Shown here in pieces: positions 17,577 to 27,081 of a DNA stretch of 64,000 nt (position 1 is its first letter; each line of letters opens with the position of its first letter). The stretch is from NCBI GenBank assembly GCA_002423895.1, contig DIOL01000035.1, positions 2,161 through 66,160 of the forward strand, in the 5' to 3' direction. This DNA is from Bacteroidales bacterium UBA5515 (GTDB taxonomy: Bacteria > Bacteroidota > Bacteroidia > Bacteroidales > P3). The notes below the pieces were generated by a model. The model had not been told where the DNA came from. It saw nothing but the letters and a program-made list of their open reading frames with translations, and did not search any database. Both the position numbers and the translations under genes were made by a program.

Positions 17577-19643
17577 ATGAGTACAAAGGTTACTAAAGAA
17601 TTGGTTAATCCAAGAAGTATTGTGGTTGTTGGAGCATCAAATGACACAACAAAACCAGGTGGAGCTGTTTTGAGAAACATTATTGAAGGAGATTTTAAGG
17701 GTAGTTTATGTGTAGTAAATCCAAAAGAAGACGAAATTCAAGGAGTAAAATGTTATCATAAAATTAATGAAGTTCCTCAAGTGGATATGGCAGTAATTGC
17801 TATTGCAGCAAAATTTACTGAAGAAACAGTTAGAGTGTTGGCTCAAGAAAAAGGAACAAAAGCATTTGTTATTATTTCAGCAGGATTTGGTGAAGAAAGT
17901 CAAGAAGGAAAAGAACTTGAAAAAAGAATTGTAAAAATAATTGAAGATAATAATGGTTCTTTAATTGGACCTAACTGTACAGGTATTTTCACTCCTTATC
18001 ATCATGCAATTTTCTCTAAACCTTTTCCAAAATCTTCTTCAAAAGGAGTTGATTTTATAACTGGATCAGGAGCAACAGGATGTTTCATTATGGATATTGG
18101 AATGCAACAGGGATTACATTTTAATCATTGCTGGGGAGTTGGAAACTCTGCTCAATTGGGTATTGAAGATATTTTGGAATATCATGATGAGGTTTACAAC
18201 CCAGAAACTTCTTCAAAAGTTATTTTAATGTATGCTGAAAATATTAAAAACCCAGCAAAACTTCTTAAACATGCAACATCTCTATATAATAAAGGTTGTA
18301 GAATTGCAGCAATTAAATCAGGAGGTTCAGAAGCAGGTTCAAGAGCTGCTTCATCTCACACTGGAGCATTAGCTTCTCCAGATGTTGCAGTTGATGCTCT
18401 TTTCCGTAAGGCAGGAATTGTACGTTGCAATGGTAGAGAAGAATTAATTACTGTTGGAGCAATATTTACTTATCCTGAATTTAAAGGAAAGAATATAGCA
18501 ATTATAACTCACGCTGGAGGTCCAGCAGTTATGCTAACTGATGCTTTAAGTAGAGGAAAAATGGAAGTTCCACATATTGAAGGAGAAAAAGCAGATAAAC
18601 TTTTATCAGAACTTTTCGCTGGTTCATCTGTTGGAAATCCAATTGACTTCTTGGCAACTGGAACACCAGAACAATTAGGAAAGATTATTGATGCTTGCAA
18701 CAATGATTTTGATAATATTGATGCAATGTGCATAATCTTTGGAACTCCAGGTTTGGATAAAATCTTTGACGCTTACTCAGTAATTGATCAAAAGATGAAA
18801 ACATCAAAGAAACCTATATTCCCAATTATGCCTTCAACTCTTGTTGCAAAAGAAGAAGTTAATGATTTTGTTTCAAAAGGGAATAACTATTTCCCTGAAG
18901 AAACTGTTTTTGGAACAGCTTTAGCAAAAATCAAATCAACTCCAAAACCAAGTGTAGATGCAAAAGATATAATTGAGATAGATGTAAAGAAAATTAGAGA
19001 AGTTATTGATAGCGTAGAAGATGGTTATTTAGACACAAAACCAATGTATCAATTGCTTGATGCAGCAGGAATAAAACGTTCTCATGAAGTTTCATCACCT
19101 AATGTTGAAGATGCTATTGCTTTTGCAAGAGAATATGGATATCCTTTGGTAATGAAAGTTGTTGGACCTGTTCATAAGAGTGATGTTGGAGGTGTTGTTT
19201 TGAATGTTAAGGATGAAGAAACAATTAGAAAAGAATTTGACAGATTAATGAAAATTAAAGACACTTACGCAGTTCAAACTCTTGAAATGCTCTTTGGAAC
19301 AGAAGTTTACATTGGAGCAATGCGTACTGAACTTTTCGGACATCAAGTTCTTTGTGGAATTGGAGGAATATTTATTGAAGTATTGAAAGATGTTCAATCA
19401 AATCTTGCACCAATTGGAATAGGAGAAGCAAAACAAATGATTAAGAATTTGAGAAGCTATAAAATTATTCAAGGAGTTCGTGGACAAGAACCAGTTAATG
19501 AAGAATTATATGCTGATCAAATAGCAAGAGTAAGTGCTCTTGTTCAAGCTGCTCCTGAAATTGCAGAAATGGACTTAAATCCACTTTTAGGTTCTGCAAA
19601 TGCTGTTGTTGCTGTTGATGCTCGTATTAGAATTGAAAAATAA
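17577..19643 (+). CDS. ADP-forming acyl/acetyl-CoA synthetase (fused alpha-beta, CoA-binding plus ATP-grasp)
   Basis: N-terminal SIVVVGASNDTTKPGG CoA-binding fold, a phosphohistidine-loop region SSHTGALAS, and a C-terminal ATP-grasp domain. Length 688 aa. Confidence 0.85.
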   Translation: MSTKVTKELVNPRSIVVVGASNDTTKPGGAVLRNIIEGDFKGSLCVVNPKEDEIQGVKCYHKINEVPQVDMAVIAIAAKFTEETVRVLAQEKGTKAFVIISAGFGEESQEGKELEKRIVKIIEDNNGSLIGPNCTGIFTPYHHAIFSKPFPKSSSKGVDFITGSGATGCFIMDIGMQQGLHFNHCWGVGNSAQLGIEDILEYHDEVYNPETSSKVILMYAENIKNPAKLLKHATSLYNKGCRIAAIKSGGSEAGSRAASSHTGALASPDVAVDALFRKAGIVRCNGREELITVGAIFTYPEFKGKNIAIITHAGGPAVMLTDALSRGKMEVPHIEGEKADKLLSELFAGSSVGNPIDFLATGTPEQLGKIIDACNNDFDNIDAMCIIFGTPGLDKIFDAYSVIDQKMKTSKKPIFPIMPSTLVAKEEVNDFVSKGNNYFPEETVFGTALAKIKSTPKPSVDAKDIIEIDVKKIREVIDSVEDGYLDTKPMYQLLDAAGIKRSHEVSSPNVEDAIAFAREYGYPLVMKVVGPVHKSDVGGVVLNVKDEETIRKEFDRLMKIKDTYAVQTLEMLFGTEVYIGAMRTELFGHQVLCGIGGIFIEVLKDVQSNLAPIGIGEAKQMIKNLRSYKIIQGVRGQEPVNEELYADQIARVSALVQAAPEIAEMDLNPLLGSANAVVAVDARIRIEK

Positions 19644-19657
19644 AAAACAAAAATAAT

Positions 19658-19909
19658 ATGAATAAGAAAGTTCTTTGGAACATAGTTTCATCAGTATTGA
19701 TAATTGCAATGTTTCTTTTGCAATATTCTCCACAATTGGAAGAATTCAAATATTGGATTTGTTTTGCAATTGTTGTAGCATCTTGCGGAATGATAGTTTA
19801 TAACACTTTTGCAATATCTTATAAGTATTCACAAGCAAATAAGCAAATTGAACGTTCAAGCAAAAGAATTGCTGAATTGGAAGGTCAATTAACTAATAAA
19901 CAAGAATAA
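19658..19909 (+). CDS. Small membrane protein with a C-terminal coiled coil
   Basis: Two hydrophobic helices. Tightly packed after the acyl-CoA synthetase gene. Confidence 0.5.
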   Translation: MNKKVLWNIVSSVLIIAMFLLQYSPQLEEFKYWICFAIVVASCGMIVYNTFAISYKYSQANKQIERSSKRIAELEGQLTNKQE

Positions 19910-19924
19910 TACTATAAAAAAATA

Positions 19925-20623
19925 ATGAAATTAAAAGACATATTAATCACCCTGATAGTTATCGGGGTGATTGCTTTATTTATTACAATTGAGCCACTAA
20001 GAGATTGGTTTATGCAATGGAGTGGTGCTAAGGATTGGAGATATTTCCTTTTAGCTTTCTTTAAGTTTGCAATTTTGGCAACATTAGGAGAAAGTATTGG
20101 ATTGAGAATATCAAAAGGAGTTTATAATGAAAAAGGATTTGGACTTTTGCCAAGAGCTTTTGTTTGGGGAATATTAGGAGTTGTGATTACAATTGCTATG
20201 GGATTATTTGCAAGAGGAACCTTTGGACTATTTGATTATTTTGGATTAAATATCAATGGTGCAAATCTTTCAGAGCAAACCTTTGGAATGAGACTGCTTT
20301 ATGCTTTTTGTGTTTCATTGTTTATGAATACATTCTTTGCTCCTGTTTTTATGACAGTACACAAAGTTACAGATACCCATATTTTATCAAATAAAGGTTC
20401 GTTTAAAGGATTCTTTACTCCAATACCTTTTGGAAGAATTATTGAAAACCTTAACTGGAAAGTTCAATGGGGATTTGTATTTAAGAAAACTATTCCTTTT
20501 TTCTGGTATCCAGCACATACAATCACTTTTATGCTGCCAAAAGAATTCCAAGTATTATTTGCAGCCCTTTTAGGTGTGGCTCTTGGAGTAATACTTTCAA
20601 TTGCTAACCTTAAAAAGAAATAA
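19925..20623 (+). CDS. Integral membrane protein, unknown family
   Basis: About six hydrophobic segments. Appears translationally coupled within the operon. Confidence 0.6.
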   Translation: MKLKDILITLIVIGVIALFITIEPLRDWFMQWSGAKDWRYFLLAFFKFAILATLGESIGLRISKGVYNEKGFGLLPRAFVWGILGVVITIAMGLFARGTFGLFDYFGLNINGANLSEQTFGMRLLYAFCVSLFMNTFFAPVFMTVHKVTDTHILSNKGSFKGFFTPIPFGRIIENLNWKVQWGFVFKKTIPFFWYPAHTITFMLPKEFQVLFAALLGVALGVILSIANLKKK

Positions 20624-20630
20624 AATTTAA

Positions 20631-21851
20631 ATGATCAGAAATTATAGAATAATAATATTTTCACTTCTCACAATAATTACCTTTAGTTCTTTTGCACAAG
20701 AGAAATCAGGATTTTCCTATGATATCTATGGTTTTTTCAATGCGCAGTATTATTTCAACACTCGAAAGACATATTCATCTGTTGATGGATTGTATTCCTT
20801 ATATCCTTTAGCTCCAAATTATAATTCAAAAGGAGAGGACTTGAACGGAATAAATAACCATTATTTTACAGTATCAACAACTCGAATTGGAACAAAATTT
20901 AACTTTGGAGAAATTAATGGAACAAAATTTAGAGGACTTATTGAAGCTGACTTTACTGGACAGGCAGGTGGATTAGCTAATTATTTTAGATTTAGACATG
21001 CTTATTTGCAAATAAATTGGAAAAAATCTCAAATGATAATTGGGCAATATTGGAATCCAATGACTATTCATCAAGTATCTCCTTTTAACAAAGAAATACA
21101 TAATGGAGCTCCTTTTCGTCCATTTTCACGCATTTATCAAGTAAGATATGAATACAAACCATTTGGAAAGTTTAATATCCTTTCAGCATTATCTTTTCAA
21201 AGAGATAATGCAACAATTGGAGTTGATAAAATTAAGGATTACAACCAACAAGTAAGAACATTTATTCCAATAATGAACTTGCACTTTCAATATTCTTCAG
21301 ATAATTTGTTTGCTGGAATTGGAGGAGAGTTTAAGGCTATTCAACCAAGAGAAACTTATACAATAAATAATCAAACTTTGATTATGAATGAGAAAATGTA
21401 TAATTTTTCAACTTCAGTTTATTTTAAATACCTGACAAAGAAACATTCATTCAAGTCACAAGCAATTATTGGAGATAATTTAAATGATATGTCTATAATT
21501 GGAGGTTATTATGAAAGTGCATTTGATACTATAAATAATAAGTTTTCATATAATCCAACAACAACATTTTCTTCATGGTTAGACTACTCCTACGATATGG
21601 GCAATTTTAAACCAGCAGTTTTAATTGGTTATACAAAAGACTTGGATGTTAATACAAAAGGTTATCAAAATGCTTATGGATTAGGAATGGATATTGACAA
21701 TTACTTTAGAATATCACCAAGAATTGATTATGAACTAAAAAACAATTTTTTCCTTACTTTTTGCGTTGAATATCAAAATGTAAAATTTAAAGATATATCT
21801 AAAAGAGTTGAAGCCCTTAAGTTTTCTTTAAATTGTACCTATACTTTTTAA
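20631..21851 (+). CDS. Outer-membrane beta-barrel (porin-like) protein
   Basis: Signal peptide, alternating amphipathic beta pattern, aromatic C-terminal residue (..CTYTF). Confidence 0.6.
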   Translation: MIRNYRIIIFSLLTIITFSSFAQEKSGFSYDIYGFFNAQYYFNTRKTYSSVDGLYSLYPLAPNYNSKGEDLNGINNHYFTVSTTRIGTKFNFGEINGTKFRGLIEADFTGQAGGLANYFRFRHAYLQINWKKSQMIIGQYWNPMTIHQVSPFNKEIHNGAPFRPFSRIYQVRYEYKPFGKFNILSALSFQRDNATIGVDKIKDYNQQVRTFIPIMNLHFQYSSDNLFAGIGGEFKAIQPRETYTINNQTLIMNEKMYNFSTSVYFKYLTKKHSFKSQAIIGDNLNDMSIIGGYYESAFDTINNKFSYNPTTTFSSWLDYSYDMGNFKPAVLIGYTKDLDVNTKGYQNAYGLGMDIDNYFRISPRIDYELKNNFFLTFCVEYQNVKFKDISKRVEALKFSLNCTYTF

Positions 21852-21856
21852 CAAAA

Positions 21857-22657
21857 ATGGAAGCAATAAATTTTGTTAAGTATCAAGCCTCTGGAAACGA
21901 TTTCGTTTTAATTGACAATCGTTTCAAAGAATATTCTTTCACAGAAGAACAAATTCAAAAGATTTGTCATAGACATTTTGGAATTGGTTCAGATGGTTTA
22001 ATCCTATTGGAAAACTCCAAAGAAGCAGATTTTCTAATGAAATTCTTTAACCCTGATGGGTCATCCGATATGATGTGTGGAAATGGAGGGAGAAGCATTG
22101 TTGCTTTTGCCAAAAGTCTTTCAATTATTGATAAAGAAACAAGTTTTATTGCTCCCGATGGATTGCATACCGCTCAAATCATAAGCCAAGAGGAAAACCA
22201 TTCTTTGGTTAAATTGAGTTTAAGGGATGTAAGTGAGATTTCTTTGTTTGATGATGGTCAATATCTCAATACTGGTACTTCTCATTTTGTTAAAGAGGTT
22301 GATGATGTTTCTCAAATCAACATTAAGGAAGAAGGGAGTGCAATTCGTTATGATAAGCGTTTTGAGAAATTTAAAGGGACTAATGCCAATTTTATTCAAG
22401 TTGTGAATAATGGAGAGCTAAGAATAAGAACTTACGAAAGAGGAGTAGAGGACGAAACTCTTTCGTGTGGAACAGGAATAACAGCTTCTGCCATCGCCTA
22501 TGCAGAAAAATATAAACTAAATCAATCACCAATTACCATTCAATCAAAAGGAGGGGAGTTGAAAGTATTTTTTGAAAAAACAGCTCAAAATACCTATTCT
22601 AATATATTTCTTCAAGGCTCAGTTGGAAAAGTTTTTGACGGAGTAATAAATCTATAA
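21857..22657 (+). CDS. dapF: Diaminopimelate epimerase
   Basis: FVKYQASGNDFVLIDN, catalytic Cys motifs MCGNGGR and SCGTG. The ATG at 21857 is preferred over the overlapping TTG at 21833. Confidence 0.9.
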   Translation: MEAINFVKYQASGNDFVLIDNRFKEYSFTEEQIQKICHRHFGIGSDGLILLENSKEADFLMKFFNPDGSSDMMCGNGGRSIVAFAKSLSIIDKETSFIAPDGLHTAQIISQEENHSLVKLSLRDVSEISLFDDGQYLNTGTSHFVKEVDDVSQINIKEEGSAIRYDKRFEKFKGTNANFIQVVNNGELRIRTYERGVEDETLSCGTGITASAIAYAEKYKLNQSPITIQSKGGELKVFFEKTAQNTYSNIFLQGSVGKVFDGVINL

Positions 22658-22667
22658 AATTTTCTTT

Positions 22668-24926
22668 ATGAAAAAATATAAAGGGACTTTCTTTTATTTG
22701 ATAATAACAAGCCTGTTTACTGCTCTTATTTTCTATATAATTTATATAGGAAAAGACCTTGAAGTAGGGCGTGAAATTATTAGAAATTTTTCAAAGAATA
22801 CCCCTTTTCAAGATTTCTCTAATTTTATTTCTAACAATCTTAAACATTCTGTTGGTCTATTAATCTTACAAATTATAGCAATAATTATAGTTGCAAGAGG
22901 AATAGGCTTTTTCTTTAGAAAAATGGGACAGCCAGTTGTTATTGGTGAAATACTTGCAGGTATTATTCTTGGTCCTTCTCTTTTGGGAACTTATTTTCCT
23001 GAATTTTCCAATTTTCTTTTTGCAAAGGATTCTCTTGGAGGGCTTCAAATACTTAGTCAAGTTGGACTTGTTTTATTTATGTTTGTTATTGGAATGGAGC
23101 TTAATTTAAAGGTACTTAAAAATACAGCCTACGAAGCAACAGTTATAAGTCATGCAAGTATTATTATTCCTTTTGCTTTAGGAATTGGATTGGCCTATTA
23201 TCTTTATCCTTCTTTTGCTCCTGAAAATATTCCTTTCTCTTCTTTCAGCCTTTTTATTGGAATTTCAATGAGTATAACTGCTTTTCCTGTTTTGGCGAGA
23301 ATTGTTCAGGAAAAAGGACTTCACAAAACCAAGATTGGAGCTTTGTCCCTAATATGTGCCGCAATAAACGATATAACTGCTTGGTGTTTGCTGGCAGTGA
23401 TTATTGCTGTTGTTAAGGCTGGCTCTTTTGCAAGTTCAATTTACACTATAGTTTTTGCAATAGCCTATGTTTTCTTAATGATTTCTGTAGTGCGTCCTTT
23501 CTTAAAGAAAATTGTTAGCTCATCCAAATCCGATATTTCACTAAATAAAACCTTAGTGGTTATTGTCTTTTTGGTATTGCTAATATCTTCTTTTATAACA
23601 GAAACAATAGGAATTCATGCTCTCTTTGGAGCTTTTATGGCAGGAACCATTATGCCTGAGAATATCCGTTTTAGAAAACTCTTTATTGAAAAAATTGAAG
23701 ATGTTGCCTTAGTGCTTTTCTTACCTATTTTCTTTGTTATAAGTGGATTGAAAACAGAAATTGGATTAATTGATAATTCTAATTTGTGGGAGCTAACAGG
23801 AATTATAATTGCTGTTGCCATTGCAGGTAAATTTATAGGAAGTGCTGCAGCTGCAAAGTTCGTTGGACAAAGCTGGAAAGACAGTTTAACATTAGGAACA
23901 CTAATGAACACTCGAGGCTTAATGGAAATTGTAGTATTGAATATTGGTTACGATTTGGGAGTGTTGAATGCAGAGATATTTGTAATGCTAATTCTTATGG
24001 CACTAACAACAACCTTTATGACAGGACTTTCATTAAGTGGAATTGAAAAGATATTTAAAACAAACAAAATAGATATTAAAGATTTAGAGTCTTCAAAAGA
24101 TAAAATTCTCCTCTTTTTCCGAAATGCTCAAACCAGCACATCGTTAGTAAGAATAGCCAACTCATTAACTAAGAAAACCAATTCCCAATCACTAATCACA
24201 GCCATACATATTGCTCCTTCCAATGGACTCTCGCAAATGAATACAGAGCAAATTGAAAAGGAAAGCTTTAAGCCAATAGTTAGAGAAGCAAATAACTTGG
24301 ATAGAAAGTTAATATCATTCTTTAAGGTTTCAAACAACTTTCAAACTGAAGTGGTGGAGTTTGCCAATCAAGGCAATTTCGACTTTTTGTTGATGGATAG
24401 CGAAGAATCCATATTCTACGGAACACTCTTGGGAAGAGTTTTGGGCTTTACAACCAAAATCATCAATCCCGAAAAACTAATAAACACAGTAAGAGGAAGA
24501 GAACCACTATTGGAAACCTCAATAATTGACCTTAATACAAGAGCAATTGAGAAAAAGACAAAAATGCCCGTTGGAATATTATTAGACAAAGAAATAAAGA
24601 AATTTGATAATATTCTTTTTATATATTTTACCAAAGAAGATGTATACTTAAATAAGTATTCCAAGAAATTTATTGATAACGAATACTCATCAATAACAAT
24701 CTTAGACTATATACCTAACGATAAATCATCCATAAAACAAAGCCTAAGTACTTATGAAGAAAATTATTTGGATAGTATTAACATAATAACCTATAAAGAT
24801 ATAAGCGAAAACCTGATATCATCACAAGATTTAATAATAGTTAGCTTTAAGAATTTCAATAAACTATTCCAACTAAAGAAAGATTGGTTAAATAGCATCC
24901 CTTCAGTACTTATTATCTCAATTTAG
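22668..24926 (+). CDS. CPA2-family cation:proton antiporter with a large cytoplasmic C-terminal domain
   Basis: Na+/H+ exchanger-type membrane domain with about 12 TM segments (GEILAGIILGPS...), followed by a roughly 300-aa soluble tail. Confidence 0.85.
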   Translation: MKKYKGTFFYLIITSLFTALIFYIIYIGKDLEVGREIIRNFSKNTPFQDFSNFISNNLKHSVGLLILQIIAIIIVARGIGFFFRKMGQPVVIGEILAGIILGPSLLGTYFPEFSNFLFAKDSLGGLQILSQVGLVLFMFVIGMELNLKVLKNTAYEATVISHASIIIPFALGIGLAYYLYPSFAPENIPFSSFSLFIGISMSITAFPVLARIVQEKGLHKTKIGALSLICAAINDITAWCLLAVIIAVVKAGSFASSIYTIVFAIAYVFLMISVVRPFLKKIVSSSKSDISLNKTLVVIVFLVLLISSFITETIGIHALFGAFMAGTIMPENIRFRKLFIEKIEDVALVLFLPIFFVISGLKTEIGLIDNSNLWELTGIIIAVAIAGKFIGSAAAAKFVGQSWKDSLTLGTLMNTRGLMEIVVLNIGYDLGVLNAEIFVMLILMALTTTFMTGLSLSGIEKIFKTNKIDIKDLESSKDKILLFFRNAQTSTSLVRIANSLTKKTNSQSLITAIHIAPSNGLSQMNTEQIEKESFKPIVREANNLDRKLISFFKVSNNFQTEVVEFANQGNFDFLLMDSEESIFYGTLLGRVLGFTTKIINPEKLINTVRGREPLLETSIIDLNTRAIEKKTKMPVGILLDKEIKKFDNILFIYFTKEDVYLNKYSKKFIDNEYSSITILDYIPNDKSSIKQSLSTYEENYLDSINIITYKDISENLISSQDLIIVSFKNFNKLFQLKKDWLNSIPSVLIISI

Positions 24927-25034
24927 GAAAAGATAGAAAGTAAAAATATCAGCCATTCTTAACTTTCTCATTTGCTTTGCAAATTTGGGGAAATAATTAA
25001 TGGTAAATTCAACATTAAATTCAAAATAATTTTG

Positions 25035-25042
25035 TATATTTG
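25035..25042 (+). promoter_or_regulatory. Orphan Bacteroidota -7 box (TAtaTTTG) pointing into array C
   Basis: Matches TAnnTTTG. No ORF lies between it and the separate P1 promoter at 25413. Confidence 0.4.
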
Positions 25043-25137
25043 CAAATATAAACCATTCATTAGGTTTATTTAGGACTATTTATCCTAAAGTCAATTTCTG
25101 GAAAACAAACTCCAATCCCTAAAAATATATCAAAAAA

Positions 25138-25220
25138 AAGATGCACATCTTTTATAGTGAAAGATGTGCATCTTTTGGTATGAAAGATGTGCATCTTTGG
25201 GGTAAAAAGTCTTCGTTTAA
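25138..25220. repeat. Phased palindrome array C: 3 units of AAGATG(CA/TG)CATCTT, period 23 bp, plus a terminal AAGTCTTCGTTT unit
   Basis: Dyad centres lie at about 25144.5, 25167.5 and 25190.5. Unit 1 is inverted relative to units 2 and 3. Confidence 0.85.
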
Positions 25221-25387
25221 TAAGTTTTTTATAAGGAGTTTGTAGATTTATTCGCCGTTTACGCAGAATTATTCCCTATTTAATTTTAAATAATAAGGAT
25301 TATTTACCAAGAAAGTCTTTTTGATTCTCAAAAAAGACAACCATATTCCATTTAAGAAAAGAAATAAAAATAAATATAAGTTAAGAA

Positions 25388-25472
25388 TTAACACTATTTA
25401 AAAATATTTCCCTACCTTTGAACATTAATAATAAATATAAGTTATTAATGAATAAGTATAGAATTGAAAATC
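25388..25472 (+). repeat. Promoter/leader module P1 (direct repeat of P2)
   Basis: About 85 bp that aligns to 30060-30146. Shared sequence runs ACTATTT..AAAATATTT..CT..TTTGA...AATAATAAATATAAGTTATTAATGAATAAG..GATTG.AAATC. It includes a TAccTTTG -7 box at 25413-25420. Confidence 0.8.
25413..25420 (+). promoter_or_regulatory. -7 box TAccTTTG of the island cassette operon (inside P1)
   Basis: TAnnTTTG consensus, 138 nt upstream of the ATG at 25558. Confidence 0.5.
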
Positions 25473-25485
25473 TTAATAATAATAT

Positions 25486-25539
25486 AGTGCGTGATTACTT
25501 ATCGACTTTGTCGCTTTGCAAAGCAAAGAAATCCCAAAC
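25486..25539 (+). repeat. Inverted repeat R, left copy
   Basis: AGTGCGTGATTACTTATCGACTTTGTCGCTTTGCAAAGCAAAGAAATCCCAAAC matches the reverse complement of 29785-29840 at roughly 85 percent by eye. The core TTTGCAMAGCAAGAAATC also occurs at 26390-26407. Confidence 0.8.
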
Positions 25540-25557
25540 TAAGGAAAATTACCTATC

Positions 25558-26283
25558 ATGAGAAAATATTTAATTTTATTATTGTCATGCTTTTTAATTA
25601 CAGCATGCATTAAATCAAAAGTAGAATTAGAAGATTTAAATACTATTTGTTTTAAAATATCTGAAAGAGCATGTGATAATGCATATAGATATAAAAAATA
25701 TCAAGACAAAGAAGCTCTTGCATTATCTTTTAAACAATGTGATTCTATCATTTATGGCGGATGTGATGTTAATGCAATAGGATCAGCAATACATATAAAG
25801 TTTAATCTATATTTTTGGACTAAACAATACAAACAAGCATTAGATGAAATAGAAAAATTAAGGACCAGAGATGATATTTTTTGGGATGCTAATTTCCCCA
25901 GCTCAACTTATTATAAATTATTAATACAAACATTCTGGGCTAATGATAGAGGAGAAATAGAAGAACGCAACCATTATATAAAACAAAATATTGCTTTTAT
26001 GGATGCTTGCTTTAATGCTTATAATGAGGTTAAATACGCAGATATAAAAAAAAATCTAAAAGAAGTAGATTTAGCAGACGCAGAAATTCATCATGTTAAA
26101 AAAGACTATATGAGTTTAGTTACATATTATTCAATAAAATCATTGCTATATAAAAAAGAAGATCTTTTGGAAGAAATAAAAAATATAAAAGTAGAAAAAC
26201 CTTTAGAGGAATTTTATTCTCTTGAAGATTATATAAAGAAACTAGACACAAATTTGTATTGGAAAGAGGAAAATTTATTTTAA
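25558..26283 (+). CDS. Helical lipoprotein, unknown function (island cassette 1)
   Basis: Lipobox LITAC. The ORF is followed by the conserved inter-cassette repeat X. Confidence 0.6.
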   Translation: MRKYLILLLSCFLITACIKSKVELEDLNTICFKISERACDNAYRYKKYQDKEALALSFKQCDSIIYGGCDVNAIGSAIHIKFNLYFWTKQYKQALDEIEKLRTRDDIFWDANFPSSTYYKLLIQTFWANDRGEIEERNHYIKQNIAFMDACFNAYNEVKYADIKKNLKEVDLADAEIHHVKKDYMSLVTYYSIKSLLYKKEDLLEEIKNIKVEKPLEEFYSLEDYIKKLDTNLYWKEENLF

Positions 26284-26296
26284 GTAGGGTAGTTGG

Positions 26297-26380
26297 TAAT
26301 GTATCAGATTGGGAGCCTTATTTAGTGAAGAGTTAAAAACTAAAAGTTAAAAGTGATAGGAAAACAATGGATTACTAATC
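26297..26380 (+). repeat. Inter-cassette repeat X, copy 1
   Basis: TAATGTATCAGATTGGGAGCCTTATTTAGTGAAGAGTTAAAAACTAAAAGT...GGATTACTAATC, starting 14 nt after the stop of cassette 1. Confidence 0.8.
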
Positions 26381-26488
26381 GGTTTACCGTTTGCACAGCA
26401 AGAAATCATAATAATAAAGAAGTACTGGATTATAAATCGCGCACGACAAAAGTATCAACGTTTTTGCAACTGTCTTGAATAACAGCCT

Positions 26489-27016
26489 ATGAGAACAATA
26501 TTTTTTACATTATTAGTTTTAAGCTTAAATGTTTTCGGTCAATCTGATAAAAAAGATACATTAATAAATTATTGGTTACCTGATTTTGATACATATTCAT
26601 TTGATACCATTATAAATCAGACAAATTATCGAATGAAAACGTATTGTTTAAATGATAGTGCAGTTTATAATGAAACCTTTACTGTAGAGGGAAGTAAATA
26701 TAATAACCTAATTGAATATAGTGTAGCACATAATTTTGCGACTGATTTTACGATTAAAACAGCTAATAATGAGATTAAGTTACATTTAATAAAGGAAAAT
26801 TTTAAGGATAGCTTATCATCTGATTTCTTTAAGATTTGTCACATGTGGAAAAATGAGTTTTCACATGTAGAGAATGGACAGTTAATTTTTCGTGCAACAT
26901 TTGCGAAACCAGATACTGATTATCAATTTGCAATTTTATATTTAATAACAGACAAAGGTGATATTAGAATATTAAAAGTAGAAGATGAATCATTCTATGG
27001 ATTGGGAAATGAATAA
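26489..27016 (+). CDS. Secreted small protein, unknown function (island cassette 2)
   Basis: Signal peptide MRTIFFTLLVLSLNVFGQ. Flanked by Y-type repeats. Confidence 0.55.
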   Translation: MRTIFFTLLVLSLNVFGQSDKKDTLINYWLPDFDTYSFDTIINQTNYRMKTYCLNDSAVYNETFTVEGSKYNNLIEYSVAHNFATDFTIKTANNEIKLHLIKENFKDSLSSDFFKICHMWKNEFSHVENGQLIFRATFAKPDTDYQFAILYLITDKGDIRILKVEDESFYGLGNE

Positions 27017-27081
27017 ATTTCCCGCACTACAGAAGTACTGGATTCTAAATCCAGCACTACGGAACAATAAAATATAAGATT

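Noticed and set aside
25315-25338. Hairpin GTCTTTTTGA-TTC-TCAAAAAAGAC as a terminator between array C and P1
   Set aside because: No clear T-run follows on the plus strand, and it could equally be part of the element flank. Not called.
27031-27062. tRNA-like anticodon arm (GTACTGGA-TTCTAAA-TCCAGCAC). Similar GGATTNNNAATCC motifs occur at 26368, 26428, 27705 and 30135.
   Set aside because: No acceptor, D or T arms flank any copy and no GGTTCGAATCC-type T-loop is present. They are better treated as short dyad motifs of the island repeats.
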